Assembly (NCBI GenBank): GCA_039545335.1
Contig: BCIN01000007.1
Location: 124,001 to 188,000 of the forward strand
Direction of reading: 5' to 3'
DNA from: Kondoa subrosea
Lineage: Eukaryota
DNA length: 64,000 nucleotides
Translations under genes and position numbers: made by a program
The notes under the pieces: model-generated
What the model saw: only the letters and a program-made list of their open reading frames with translations
What the model was told of the DNA's origin: nothing
Databases searched by the model: none
Shown: positions 15,457 through 27,840 of the stretch, one piece after another
Position numbering within the stretch: position 1 is the stretch's first letter
Layout: every line of letters starts with the position of its first letter

Positions 15457-16239
15457 ATGTCTTCTTCAGCTACATCTTCTGACTTCAGTTTGCATGTCTA
15501 TTCAAATGACCACGACTATATCGGTCAATTTTTGGACCACATGTGGTTCGTTTTACAGAAGCTGGTAAGCTCTCATTGTCTTGTCGATTGTTCTGTACTG
15601 ATATGAGTTCAGTCCAAGGAAGACCCTTCTAAACTCGCATTAAAGCTAAACCAATTGGCTGTAGACTATGGAATCGTGCTAAGACCGGGCGAATACGTCC
15701 AATTCGCGGCCAACGATGTTGCTGTGAGTACACGGACGTCTCTTTGTCCGGCGCAAGCTGATCAAACAGGTTTTGACGCACGCATCTGGCAAGTACTCGC
15801 TGGTCAGAGAGACCCTTCTGGAGCAGAAGTACTGCAAGATTCGTCCGCGAGGCGAACATCGCGGACATATAGTTGCTGGCGGCGTTCCTAGTCTCTTGCG
15901 CTTATCAAGCTTTTATCATCAAGCAAGACTACATCTCAATGCCACTCACGAAACGCTAGTTCAAAACGGTACTCCTGTTTGTGTATTGAGCTAAAATTCT
16001 CTTCCTTCTACTTACTTCTTATTGCGCAGTGGAAAGTAATTGGAGGTCATGAGGCCTATCGAGAAGCTCGGGTGCATGTGGGTGCAGTCATCGCGGCTAC
16101 CCATTTGATCACCAACAATACGAGCGATGAGGGCCAATTTTCCTTCCAACACACAGCTCTTCGCGATCGACCTAAATACCGTTTCCCGGCTCCAGAAAAA
16201 GCAACTACTCAAGAGCAGCTCTTCTCACTGGTGTACTAG
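15457..16239 (+). CDS. Hypothetical protein (orphan, 4 exons)
   Basis: Three canonical GT-AG introns (first 15565-15612) give one continuous frame MSSSATSSDFSLHVY...EQLFSLVY*. Confidence 0.55.
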
Positions 16240-16419
16240 TATAATAAGCTCGTTGTATATTGTACTTGCAGATGCCAGAGTCTCTGCCTATGTTTCACAT
16301 CTTCTGTATTGTTATCGCGAGCAATTCGAATGCTATACTAGATGGTTTTGATCGGTGACTGTCCCAGTATTCCTCTCACTAATCCTTCGCGACTCTTACT
16401 ATCTCTCAGAAGAAACGAA

Positions 16420-18050
16420 ATGAAGGGCCGGTTGACCAAAACAACGAGTCTTGATCACCAAGCCATGCAGACTTCAGCCCTCTTCAAGCTCTCAAAAGAG
16501 CTCTGGACTGTTTCTATCGAGCCTTTGCTGGATCTGGCTGATGTCGTTCACCTGTCGCAAACTTGCAGAGATTTGAGACAAAATGCAGGTGAGCTTGGTG
16601 ATGTTCAGGCAGATTGTCATAGAGCTCACTATCAGCTTGAAGGAGGTCGACTAGAATGGCAACAGAGAGCATATCGATTTGGTTTTACGCGTTCTGTTAT
16701 TCATTCTGCTCAACCTTGGAAAGCTCTTTGTGCTGCTATGGTTCATCATGCAGGCAAATGCGATGCTTGTAAACCCCATTTCGTGAGTCCATAGCCTCCA
16801 TTGACTCGACAGACTAATCTTTTGCTAGGTCGAGCAAATGCAGACCGGACTGCAAGGTAAGGCTTTTTCACGGTCTCAGAGCCTCAAATGAGGGTTTCAA
16901 TAGTCCGAATGACTGGTCATCAAGTCTACGAGCTCAGCGCCGCGTTGAATAATCACCCAAACTTTGATGTTATCGCAAAATTCGGCTTCAATATCAGCGA
17001 TCCGAAAGAGGATGAGGAAGATGAAGATGGCGATTCTTTTCCTCTTCGCTCTCCAGTCTACTTCTATTTTGTTAACAACGTTATCGATTGTCCTCAAATT
17101 CGTCACAAGGAAGCTTCAGCTCTGGAAATCATGCATGATCCTCAGAACCCTTTGCATCTCTTGCGTAATCATGTCGTTCTTGCAAGTCTTGTTCCAACTA
17201 CTGTATTATTGAAGAAGATCAAATGCCTTGTTGAAGAACCTGACGAGTGTTACGCCGACCTCCCCTGTGTTTTGCGACCCAACTTTGCCGAAAACAAAGA
17301 TGGTTTATCTATTTTGGATGTGATGAATGTTGGCTCTAAGTGTATGTCATACGTTTAATGTCTATTCGATCGCTTAGCAAAGTCCAGGGAATGTTAAACC
17401 TGGTGGTGAGATGTCCGGCATGGTCATGTATGGCGGCCTGAGCTTCGACGCCAACAGGAAGGTCAGCCGCTGCCGTCCACGATGTCTCATCGTTTATATT
17501 CGTTCCGCATGCATGCAGTGCATCAAATTTGTATACTGTACGGAAGGCGATCTTTACTGACCTGAAAGCGCCATGCACAAAAAGCCTTGCAACAGAGTCA
17601 TTCTTCAGCCTTTAGTCAACGCTCCACTATGTAACCACAAGCTGACGATATGCATAGCGTCCGCTTTGACAAGGCTCATATTCCGGCTTTTTCGATGCTG
17701 ATGACTTTGATTTCCTTCTACTGCTTGTTTCTTTTGGCGCTTGCTTGAGTCCGATCTCTTGATAAATTGATGAAGTGCGTCTTGAACCGAGATGCATCCC
17801 CAGCGAGAGAGGGATGCTGCTGCATTCTCGCTAATCTCTTATCTCGGTCGAGCATTTGCGATGCTTGCTATCCTCTTGGCTTACAGGAAGATTGTCCGCA
17901 ATGTTATACCGAAGATCACGCAAGCAAGCAATTTGCATGTGAGGTCATGTATGTGTGCCGAAACTTCGCAAATCCGAAGTGCGTTATGTTCACTCTCATT
18001 GTGCTGTACGTGTGTCCACCGACGTCCACTGCTCTCATTGGCGGGTAAGC
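16420..18050 (+). CDS. F-box-like protein with Cys-rich segments (3' end uncertain)
   Basis: LFKLSKELWTVSIEPLLDLADVVHLSQTCRDLR fits the F-box pattern; CxxC pairs downstream; several introns. Confidence 0.55.
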
Positions 18051-18289
18051 GACGTTGGAATCGACGTTTAGCAGGAACGTAAACAAGAATACTAGAACGC
18101 AAAGACGTTCCCGGAGAAATGCCTACAGAACGCGAACACGTTCCCGCACATGTCGGTGTTCCTTCTCTCACCTCAACCTAGACACTGTAATATATCAGTT
18201 TTGCTACTCTCTCGTGATCAGTTGTACACCAGTAGTCTGCTGCTATATACCTGCCGTCTCGTTGCTCTTTATTCACGCAGAAAGAGCCA

Positions 18290-20640
18290 AAATGGAAAAA
18301 ACAGCAAAAGGGGGCATCATCAAGCTCCCCTTGGCTAGAGATAGGCCAGATGGCCCCTTGGCAGTTGCTGTTGAGCTGTACCCCATGTCGAGCATCCATT
18401 CGTACCTTTCAAGCCAGCATATGACCGCTTTACGAGTGAGGCGGTTTGGCACTTTAGTCTTGGTGCTCAGGCTATGGCCTGCCTCTCTTCCCATATATCT
18501 GCTGTTCATATACATTGTGACTCTCTCTAGAGGGCTTTTCCGGGCCTTTGACAGCCTATAGCGCTATATATTGGGGTTTTGCTATGTCAAAGCTTTTTTG
18601 CTTCAGCCCTGCTATTCCTGGCGTTTTCATCATACACCGTACTCTCACGCAGCCTATCCTGCTGCCTAGGGCACTCTATACCTGGACCTGTATATCTCGC
18701 GCGGTCTAGCCTCGATTAGGGCTTTATCCTAGTATTTGGCCTCCCGTGCTGCTCTGTTGGCCTACTATCCCTTCTATACGTACTCTAGTGCTGGAGATAT
18801 ACCTCTGAAGCTTTCTTGCGCAATACTTTTCGGTATTATTGGTTGCTAAGCTTTGCTTCTCCTGGAAGCTGATGGGAGAGGCCTACTTGACGTTGAGAGC
18901 ACCTGAGGACCGTACTATATGTCCTCGATTGGGCTCATGACTTCTGGACATGGCATTGCGCTGTTACAGCATGCCAAGCTACGAGATCCATCTGCTTCAG
19001 TTCTGGCTCATTACAGCCGTCCGCCAGCACTCAAAGTTCCAATCTACTGCTCTTTAATTGACTCAAAGGGTCAAGACGCTCAAACTCTACGCTAGACAAG
19101 GTCAGTTGCCAATTTTATAGTTTTTCTAAACCGTCCTTGTTACCAGTACTATCTTCCGCTGATTTGGGTGTTCAAACTTCCTCCATATATCTACGAGGGA
19201 TAGCTTGTCAAGTTTCAGCGTACTTACGCAAGAGGTGAGCGAGATCTGTCAGTTACTTCTGAATTTGACTCAGGCCTTACCCAGCATGTTTCAGATAGGG
19301 TAACGATGTTTGGACACATTCAGCGGCTTAGGAGTACTATGAATCAACCTTCGATGGCTCTTTGATCAGCGAAAACGCAATATCAGGCAGTAGTAGCCGC
19401 TAAATGTAATTAGTATTGAAACCTGATTATCTTCGAGACCAAGGGTAGCAGAAGGCTGAAATTCCTCTTAGACTATGTGCTAGACTATATGAAGCGGTTC
19501 TGAGCTCCTGAGATGTAGCGCGTTTTTTCGTGTTGCTGAACCTTGGAAATGCACAATTAGAAGAAAAAGTCGCAATGGCTTTATTTAGCACTTGTCTGAA
19601 TCTGAGGTCTCAAACCAAAGTTCAGAAGTATCTTCATGTTATCGAGATGCTATCCTGAAGCTTCCATCTCATCTTCTTCAGGCTCGGCCTTGCAAATCGC
19701 CTTGACATTTCGTCATAGAAATATGTGATTGAAAGGCCAGAAACGCTAGCAATTGGCTGCAGATTGCTTCGCATCGCGCCGAACATATATGCTCTTCATA
19801 TTTAGACCTACCGATCCTGCGTCATGCCGCTATATTGTGGTCAAATGAGGTCGAGAAAACGCTCGTTTGTGTAAATTCCAAAGTACCTGCTGAAAGCTTG
19901 CTTGTAAGACTCAGAGAAGCATAATCGAGCAGAAGACTCGAGTCAGAGAAGGCATACATGGATAGATACAGGTAACATTACTCTCGGGGTTGATCATAGC
20001 TTTTCATTCAGTACCAGGACCGGTTTGGATACGCTGACATGTACTAATGGCGTAGTATGAGGTAAATAGCAGCTAGACAAGAGATCTTGACCGCAGGGAA
20101 GCTGACCCGACATCAGAATCGATGATTCCCTATCATATACCGTAGTATACTGTGATGAGAAACCCCTAAAACGCTCGAGCCCTTTGTAGTAATGATGAAG
20201 ATACGGTAGATCAATATACCAGAGGATAGAAGTATGCCAATCAAGAGTTGAACAGAGACATATAGTGAATAATATTTCTCTGCTCCGCTCTGCTTGGATG
20301 CATATCGGAGGGTAGCAGGGAGTCAAGAGGTATAAGGCCGCACACGAGAGAGGACAGTATACCCGGTCTGAGAAGTCCTTGACAATAGGATTTGATTTTA
20401 CATTGTTTGACAGAAGAGGGCCTTGCTAATGCATCTGGGCCAGACTTTGTGCAGAATACAACAGTATAAGCATAATAGTCAATGAGAGAGAGCTACTGCC
20501 AGCTCTAAAGCGAAGCAAGGGTCAAAGGATATCAAAACATGGTTCAATTGACGCTGATTGTACGCGATAGGTGGTGCTGGCAGCTAATGTAGCTTCAATA
20601 GCAGGAAGGAAGGGGTACTACTGCCACAAAAAAGCAGGCT
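18290..20640. pseudogene. Decayed, TpA-rich region with broken membrane-protein-like frames
   Basis: No intact gene. Hydrophobic frames with in-frame stops on + (18291-18840) and - (20050-20630). Confidence 0.35.
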
Positions 20641-20909
20641 GACTCAAGGCTGCAGTATGGTCCTGCTTGAAGACGAACGGCACGCGATTGAGGTTTCGGC
20701 ACGCGACTGCGTTCTTTCACTATACGTGTTTGCGTACCTTTAGAACGTATTATCCAATAACCGCGATCCCCTCATTGGTATGACGGCCAGGCAGATCGGC
20801 TGAGGCGAAACCTGCGCGGCACGGAACGCGTTTTGAAAATGCGGGGAAACCCATCTCAGAGCATCTCAGTCCGCTCTTCTTCTCCTTTGTTAACGCCAGA
20901 CAAGTCAAG

Positions 20910-23299
20910 ATGACTGGTGCTCTGAACCAAACATATGCTGTGTTACCTGCTCCTCATGCTTCTGTATCAAATCTGCTATCTCCTGCGCTCATCACAATAG
21001 TTGGTATCGCTTGCGCTGGTCTCTACTGGTTAATCAGCTCGAGTGGTCGCGATGGCAAACCTTTACCGCCTTCACCTCGAGCTCTTCCCATCATTGGTCA
21101 CACACATCTGCTCTCAGGCGTGAAGTACACTTGGAAGACGTTACACGAAATTTCCCAATCGCTGGGCGTTCCGCCAATCATGTACTTGAAGCTGGGTACA
21201 AGCGATGTCATCGTTGTCAATACTGCTCAGGCACAGACGGATCTCTTGGAAAAGAAGGTATGACTGGTTCCCACTCTGCTGACAGCCGTTTGATGCGTTC
21301 ACCGTAGGGTGGTATATATAGCGATCGTCCTCGAATGGTCGTACCTACAGAGCTTATATCGAACAAGTCAGAGTTTTTTTACGCAAAAGCGGAACTGTAT
21401 AGCTGAAATCTGAACAATTAGTCGACGCACTGTACTTATGTACTATGGAGAGAAATGGAGTATATCCAGATTTTCTCTAGATCAAGTTTCAGATTCGCTC
21501 ATGTCTACACTTCTTGACTGTCTTAGGGAAAATGCGGAAGTTCCTGCAGTCAGTATACAATGTTATCTTGGTCCTGTTAACTGAGCTTAATATACAGCTC
21601 TGTTCTGTTCGACAAAGCCGCTGCCCAATACGAACCAGTCCAAGAAAGAGAGGCCAAAGCTTACATGTTGAACCTTTTAGAAGATCCGAAGGACTTTGAC
21701 GGTCATTCTCAACTGTTCTCTTCGAACATCATTCTTCAAGTAAGCGGAATTGATAATTCTCCTATAACAGTTGCTGACCACCTCTCAGACGACATTCAAC
21801 CGTAGAGCTACATCAGTCAAGGATCAAAACATACAAGATCTTCTTTATGTAAATATACCATTAGTGACACATCATTTTGGCTAATTGACGGCGCAGGACG
21901 TTGGCACGTGGATGCTTTCCGCAAATCCGTTCGTGCAGTACTTACTGACGCACCAATGCGAGCTCATTCCCATGTCTATTCAGAGGGTATCGTGCGCGGA
22001 CACTGATTTACCGCTGTGTCCTGCTAATCCCGCAAACAGACCCAGTGCATGACTTTCCTTTCCTTGATAAACTTCCCGACTTTCTTGCTCCCTGGCGAAA
22101 GCACGGAAGACATTTGCACGACTTTGAGCTGAAGTTATACAATTCTTTGGCTTCAAAAGTCAAAGCAGAAATGGCTCGTGGTGAAAGTCCTGATGTCATA
22201 ATGAGGTACTGCTTTGAGAGAGCAAAAGAAAATTCCATGGATGAGGAAGACTGTCTCTACCTGGCTGGAACCCTGTTTGAAGCCGGCTCAGACACTACAA
22301 CCTCCCTTTTGATCTCTCTTTTTCTCGCTTGCGCAGCTGATCCGATAATCTGTAAAACTGCCCAAGAAGAGATAGATCGAGTTGTTGGCAACGATAGGAT
22401 GCCCAGTTTTGCGGACTATGGTCAATTGCCTTGTATGTCCGTCCCGATTTCGTACTCACTTGGCTCACCTCAGATATAGACATTGAAGCTCTTGGCTCCG
22501 AATTACAGCGATGGAGACCAGCTGTACCATCGGCTGTTCCCCACTGCACTACCGAAGATGATGTATAGTCAGTCCTGCTATTCGCAACAAGATTATGGCT
22601 GAATCTTAACAGTCAAGGCTATTTCATACCGAAAGGTAGGATTACTCTATGATCGTCCTCCTTATCTGATAGTTCTACCGCAGGAGCTACTGTCATAGGA
22701 AACACTTGGGCTATAGGAAGAGATCCAGCAATTTTTGCAGATGGCGACCGTTTCAGACCGGAGTGCGTGCTCAGTGCTTTGTATCGCTTCTTGATTTTCT
22801 GAAGTCTTTCTCATCAGTCGGTATATGCCTGGGCCGGAACATGATAAGATCATGGATGCTCTGTCTCGAGGCCATACTGGTGAGCTTCTAATAGCTTCCT
22901 GCCTTTGTCAAAGCTCATTGAGGCTTCAGGATTTGGTCACGGAAGACGCATTTGCGCTGGACTCCATCAGGCTCAACGCAGTCTACATATTTCGTAAGTT
23001 CTCATTGGGTGATGAAGCTTCCCTTATTTGAGCTATTCACTACAGTCTGGCTTGTCTGTTCTGGTCTTTCGATATTCTCCCCGTGCCAAATCAGCCCACT
23101 CCAGATCAAGACAATTTTACATCAGGTTTTGTCTCGTCAGGCGTCACTTTGCTTTCTCATTCTCGTTTATACTGATTGTCCGTGTAGACACTCGAGACCT
23201 TTCAATGTCTTGATTAAACCTCGCTCTGAAGCTAAAGCTGCCATGATCAAAAGCGAGGGTGCCGCTGCCTTAGCCGAGATGAATTCGCTTTATGGTTGA
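20910..23299 (+). CDS. Cytochrome P450 (CYP64/OrdA-like group, tentative)
   Basis: N-terminal anchor plus PLPPSPRALPIIGH, I-helix EAGSDTT, ExxR (ELQRWRP), FRPE, heme motif FGHGRRICAG. Many small exons. Confidence 0.95.
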
Positions 23300-23426
23300 T
23301 TGCTGGGGATGAATCCGAGTTGATGCGATGATAGTGAGCACGGTCATTTGCACTTTGTGCATAGAATGAATATGTACAGAGTTTGCATTGTATATTCAAT
23401 TACCGAAACAACTTTGGCTTCTTGCA

Positions 23427-24717
23427 TTACTTTGAGCCTTTGCCCAAGATGTATCCTTCTAGCGAAGCTGTTGTACGAGCTCCTACATTGTGATGCATGT
23501 TCTCTTCCCATTTCTTTCCACCTTCACCGTACTGTGTATGGATCATTAGCCTCAAGTATTCAAAAGGATGCCGTGACTTACTTTGTTTGACACCATACCC
23601 AAGAAGAAGTCGTGGCTAAAAAGAACCAAATCAGTCAACGTCATCATCGTATAACAAGAACTTACTTCTTAGTGGCATCAGGGAATTCTTGCTTGAACGA
23701 ATCGTAAATCTCTTGAACTTTTGGTTGAGATTGTGCATGTGTGATCTTCTCGCCAAACAAATCCAGATACTTTCTGCAATATGCCATATCTGCTTTAGCA
23801 TCGAGAGTCCATCCTTCTTCCGTATGACCAGGACTGCAAGAAAAGATATCAGTGTCAAGTAGTATTGAGTATTTGGAAGAAAGGGACTGACATGATCATC
23901 TTTGGTTCGAGAGCCTCAATCAAATCCAGAGTAGATTTCCAGGCTGACAAGATTTCCTTCGTTTCGATTTCTTCGACCCAGCAATGCACTGATCGACCCT
24001 ATTTAAAAGGCGTGAGTAAAGAGTGAAGCTGCTACTAGGGAGAAGGAAGATCATCAACGTACATACATGGCATCTCCGGTAATGAGAATCTTCTCGACAG
24101 GTAGCCAGAAGAGAGTATGATCGATCGAATCTCCTTGAACTGGTCCGAGGAGCAAGATGGGTGAAGAAGCGTTATCGGCAAGCGTAATGAATGAGTAAGG
24201 ATAGACATCGGCTGTGACAGATCGACTTTTAGTTTAGGTGAAGAAGAGAGAAACAGCTATAAACTAACGTTTCCGAGGTGTTTTAGGTACTTTGTCACCA
24301 TACAAAGTAGGCCAGAAGACGATCTTCTCATCGTATTCTCGATCAATACCATCCCTTACATACTTGGCAGCATAGAACAGCGCATTAGGGAAAGCTTCAA
24401 GAATAGGGTTGGCGGAGAAGTAATGATCTTTTTGATCCTCATGAGCCTCGCCCTCCGTGACTGTGGTAATGATGCATACCTGGATGATGATGCGTGACAA
24501 AGACAGCAGTCAAAGTCTTTGTATCCAAGATCTTCTTTGCCCAACCAATGACTCGCTCAGCATCAGGAATCAAGAAAGGAGGATCAATAAGGATCGCTTC
24601 CTTCTTGCCGACTAAGAGCGAAGTGTTTGATTGTAAGCCTTCGACACTTGATGAGATGTAGTGAGCTTGAATGGATTCATTTGAAGTTTTCAAGTTTGGC
24701 TGAATTTCGTGCGACAT
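23427..24717 (-). CDS. Metallo-beta-lactamase-fold hydrolase
   Basis: AILIDPPF, spliced VTHHHPDHYF (HxHxDH), QGDS..HT, ITGD motifs. Confidence 0.9.
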
Positions 24718-24910
24718 GACTGATAGACTGTGTACTCGGTTGCTGACAAAGAAGAGGAAGGAGAAAGATGGAGCGGCGGCAAGAGGGGCTCCGGAGAAAC
24801 AGGTTTGCCAATACTTTAAAGTCGCTTTCGGCTATTCTTCATCTTCTCCCACTCTGCTCGACTGTATCATTGTGCACCTGCTTCTGTCTCTGTACAACTG
24901 ATCTTGTGAT

Positions 24911-26063
24911 ATGGCTGCATCCAGTATGTTGAAAGCGGGCAGACTAGGTGAGTTGCAGAATAGCGAAACACCAACCAAGCATGAATGATCTCTCGTGGAT
25001 CGACAGGTGGAAAGTACTGTCTAGTTACTGGTGGATCACGTGGAATTGGTTTGCAAACAGGCCGTAGGTTATTCGCTTCGAATGTTATTGCTATGTTACC
25101 AACGCGTGAATACTGTACAGTGAAGTTTCTCCGCGAAGGAGCTGCTGGACTCTCTATCATTGATACGAATCAAGAAGCTCTCGATTCAGCTCGAAAGATC
25201 ATGCAACCTTTTGCCGATGCTTCGGAAGCCAAGCTCACTTTCATCAAAGCTGATGTCTCCAAAGAAGCAGAAACAAAGTCATATATTGATCAAACTCTGG
25301 AAGCTTTTGATGGAAGATTGGATGTCAGCATACAAAATGCTGGAGTTTCAGCTAAAATGCAAAGATGGGATGAAACAGAATTATCAGAATACCATCGTCA
25401 GATGGATGTGAATACACAAGGTNTGCTNTATNNCTCTTTCNTNCNANNNAAGGCTCATCNNTNGNNAGGCGTTTGGCTGGGCATCAAGTATTCCGCTCCT
25501 GCTCTACTCAAAACTCCCGCAAGACGATCTTCGAATTTACCTGAAGCTAGTTATCCGCCTACGAAAGCAATGGTCGTAATCAGCAGTGTTGCAGCTCTTT
25601 ACGGACAGTTTCAAGCTAGTTCCTACAATGCGAGTAAATGGGCTGCGAGAGGTCTCTCTCTGACAGCGGTAAGCTTGTCCACGTACGTCTTATGTCATCT
25701 CTAATGGATTATACAGGCACACGAGTATGGACCACAAGGAATAAGATGCAATAGCGTTCATCCAGGACGTAAGTTTCGTCACTTGCATGTTCGGCACATC
25801 TGATGAGAATCGAAAAAGCGGTTGACACCCCGATGTTGAAGACACTCTTTGTACAACCTGAAGCGTTGAAAGCGGTTCTAGAACCAATCCCGCTGAAACG
25901 AATAGCACAACCGGAAGAAATTGCCAACGTAGTCTGCTTCCTAGCGTCCGATGAAGCTTCTTATGTAAATGGATCCTTGATTGCTGTCCATGGAGGGCAG
26001 ATTCCTCGTCCGTATTCTTCGTTTGTGTAATCGAAGTCCAGCTGATCCTGTCGGCTAGTCTAA
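24911..26063 (+). CDS. Short-chain dehydrogenase/reductase (classical SDR)
   Basis: VTGGSRGIG, QNAGV, SS...YNASK, FLASDEASYVNGS. Scattered Ns in one intron. Confidence 0.93.
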
Positions 26064-26257
26064 TTTCTGCCGTGCAACATGTCCACTGCTCTGAAACGAT
26101 CTAGCTCCTCAGCTACTGGGATACGAAGATGACTGCGACGTGTCAGATGAATGTAATAGAGGAATGCGAAGAATGTATAATCTGATGTATTTCTGTGCAT
26201 GACCTTGATCACGTAATCAACTTGCTTGTTGTTTCCGTTCGGCGACCTCCACTAGAC

Positions 26258-27174
26258 ATGGCATGGAGATGCTCTGGAGCAACCAATATAGAAGTGAGAG
26301 AATCATCGCAGCCCCTCCGCAGCCTCTTCACCCCTTTGCTGTCCAGCTCTTCGACAACTTATGCAATGCCAGAATCATTACTTCGGAGCGGGTCGCTAAT
26401 GCTATGAAGGTAAGCGGCGATGTAGACTGAGCTCGACATACTAAGCAATCGAGACAGCATGTAGACAGAGCAAACTATTGCAAGAGGAAGAATGAAGCAT
26501 ACACAGACGCACCTCAATCTATTGGCTATGCTGCTACTATTAGCGCTCCTCAGTGCGGCGAGTCATCATTTGCAAAGCTTAGACTAATTGCGTTGCAGCA
26601 TGCAGTCAGTCCGTCCTCAACTGCACCATCTGGGACTGACAAATAATGTCATAGCGCTCACGCTTCTGAGAACCTTCTGCCTTTTCTCAAACCAGGCAGT
26701 GCAGTACTAGATGTTGGTTCTGGTTCTGGCTACCTGCTAGGCATCTTTCATCGGCTTGTTTCTCCGAACGGTCGCGTAGTCGGAATCGATCATATCCCAG
26801 AGCTGACCGAAATGTCGTTGGACAATCTGAAAGAAGACGGGCTTGGTACTCGATTAGATGAAGGGAAGATCAAAGTCATTACAGGTGATGGAAGAAAAGG
26901 TTGGCCTGAAGGAGCACCCTATGCGGCTATACATGTCGGCGCTGCCAGTCCCACTATGCCTCAATCCTTGCTTGATCAACTTGCTTCACCGGGAAGAATG
27001 TTCATAGTCGGTCGTTCGAAGTTCTTGGCTTAGAGTTTGCTGACTAGAAGGTCTTTACAGCCTGTAGGAACTTCAGATCAAAGTATCTTTCAGGTAGACA
27101 AGAACGCGAGCGGCGAAATCACGCAGACACGCTTGTTTGGTGTGCGCTATGTGCCTTTATGTGATCGTCAAACG
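26258..27174 (+). CDS. PCMT1: Protein-L-isoaspartate O-methyltransferase (PIMT); 3' end runs into the gap
   Basis: MAWRCSG, TISAPHMHAHA (via a 6-nt exon), LDVGSGSGY, GDGRKG..APYAAIHVGAA, GVRYVPLCD. Confidence 0.95.
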
Positions 27175-27464
27175 NNNNNNNNNNNNNNNNNNNNNNNNNN
27201 NNNNNNNNNNNNNNNNNNNNNNNNNNNNNNNNNNNNNNNNNNNNNNNNNNNNNNNNNNNNNNNNNNNNNNNNNNNNNNNNNNNNNNNNNNNNNNNNNNNN
27301 NNNNNNNNNNNNNNNNNNNNNNNNNNNNNNNNNNNNNNNNNNNNNNNNNNNNNNNNNNNNNNNNNNNNNNNNNNNNNNNNNNNNNNNNNNNNNNNNNNNN
27401 NNNNNNNNNNNNNNNNNNNNNNNNNNNNNNNNNNNNNNNNNNNNNNNNNNNNNNNNNNNNNNNN
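27175..27464. other. Assembly gap (290 N)
   Basis: Run of N. Confidence 1.
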
Positions 27465-27840
27465 AACTAATGTTGGCTCTTCCAGCTCTTCCAATGGCCA
27501 GATCAATGCCAGTTGTCGAATGTAACAGTATTCTTGCCTTACTTTCGATCTATATCCCCCTTCCCATATATTGTGGCTCTTCTTTCTGTTGTCTGAAAGC
27601 TCGATTTAACGTCTTGCGTTTTGTAGTTATCCCTACTCCTGCGAGACTAACATGCTTAGCCTTTGCGCCGTTCGCGCTCACAATTTCGCTCTGCAACTTC
27701 GTGCTCATTGTCTATAGGCCAATCAGACACTTTGCCAGCTAAGCTTGACGCGACAGTAAGGAAGACTTAGACCAAACAGGCTGTCAAAATTGAGACGTAA
27801 TGCATTGAAGGCTACGGTGCTCGCTCTCATACCAGAACCT

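Noticed and set aside
9430..24717. Two beta-lactamase-fold genes as antibiotic resistance or recent horizontal transfer
   Set aside because: Both are intron-rich members of common fungal hydrolase families with host-like composition.
27037..27742. Long ORFs spanning the N run
   Set aside because: Artefacts of translating Ns.
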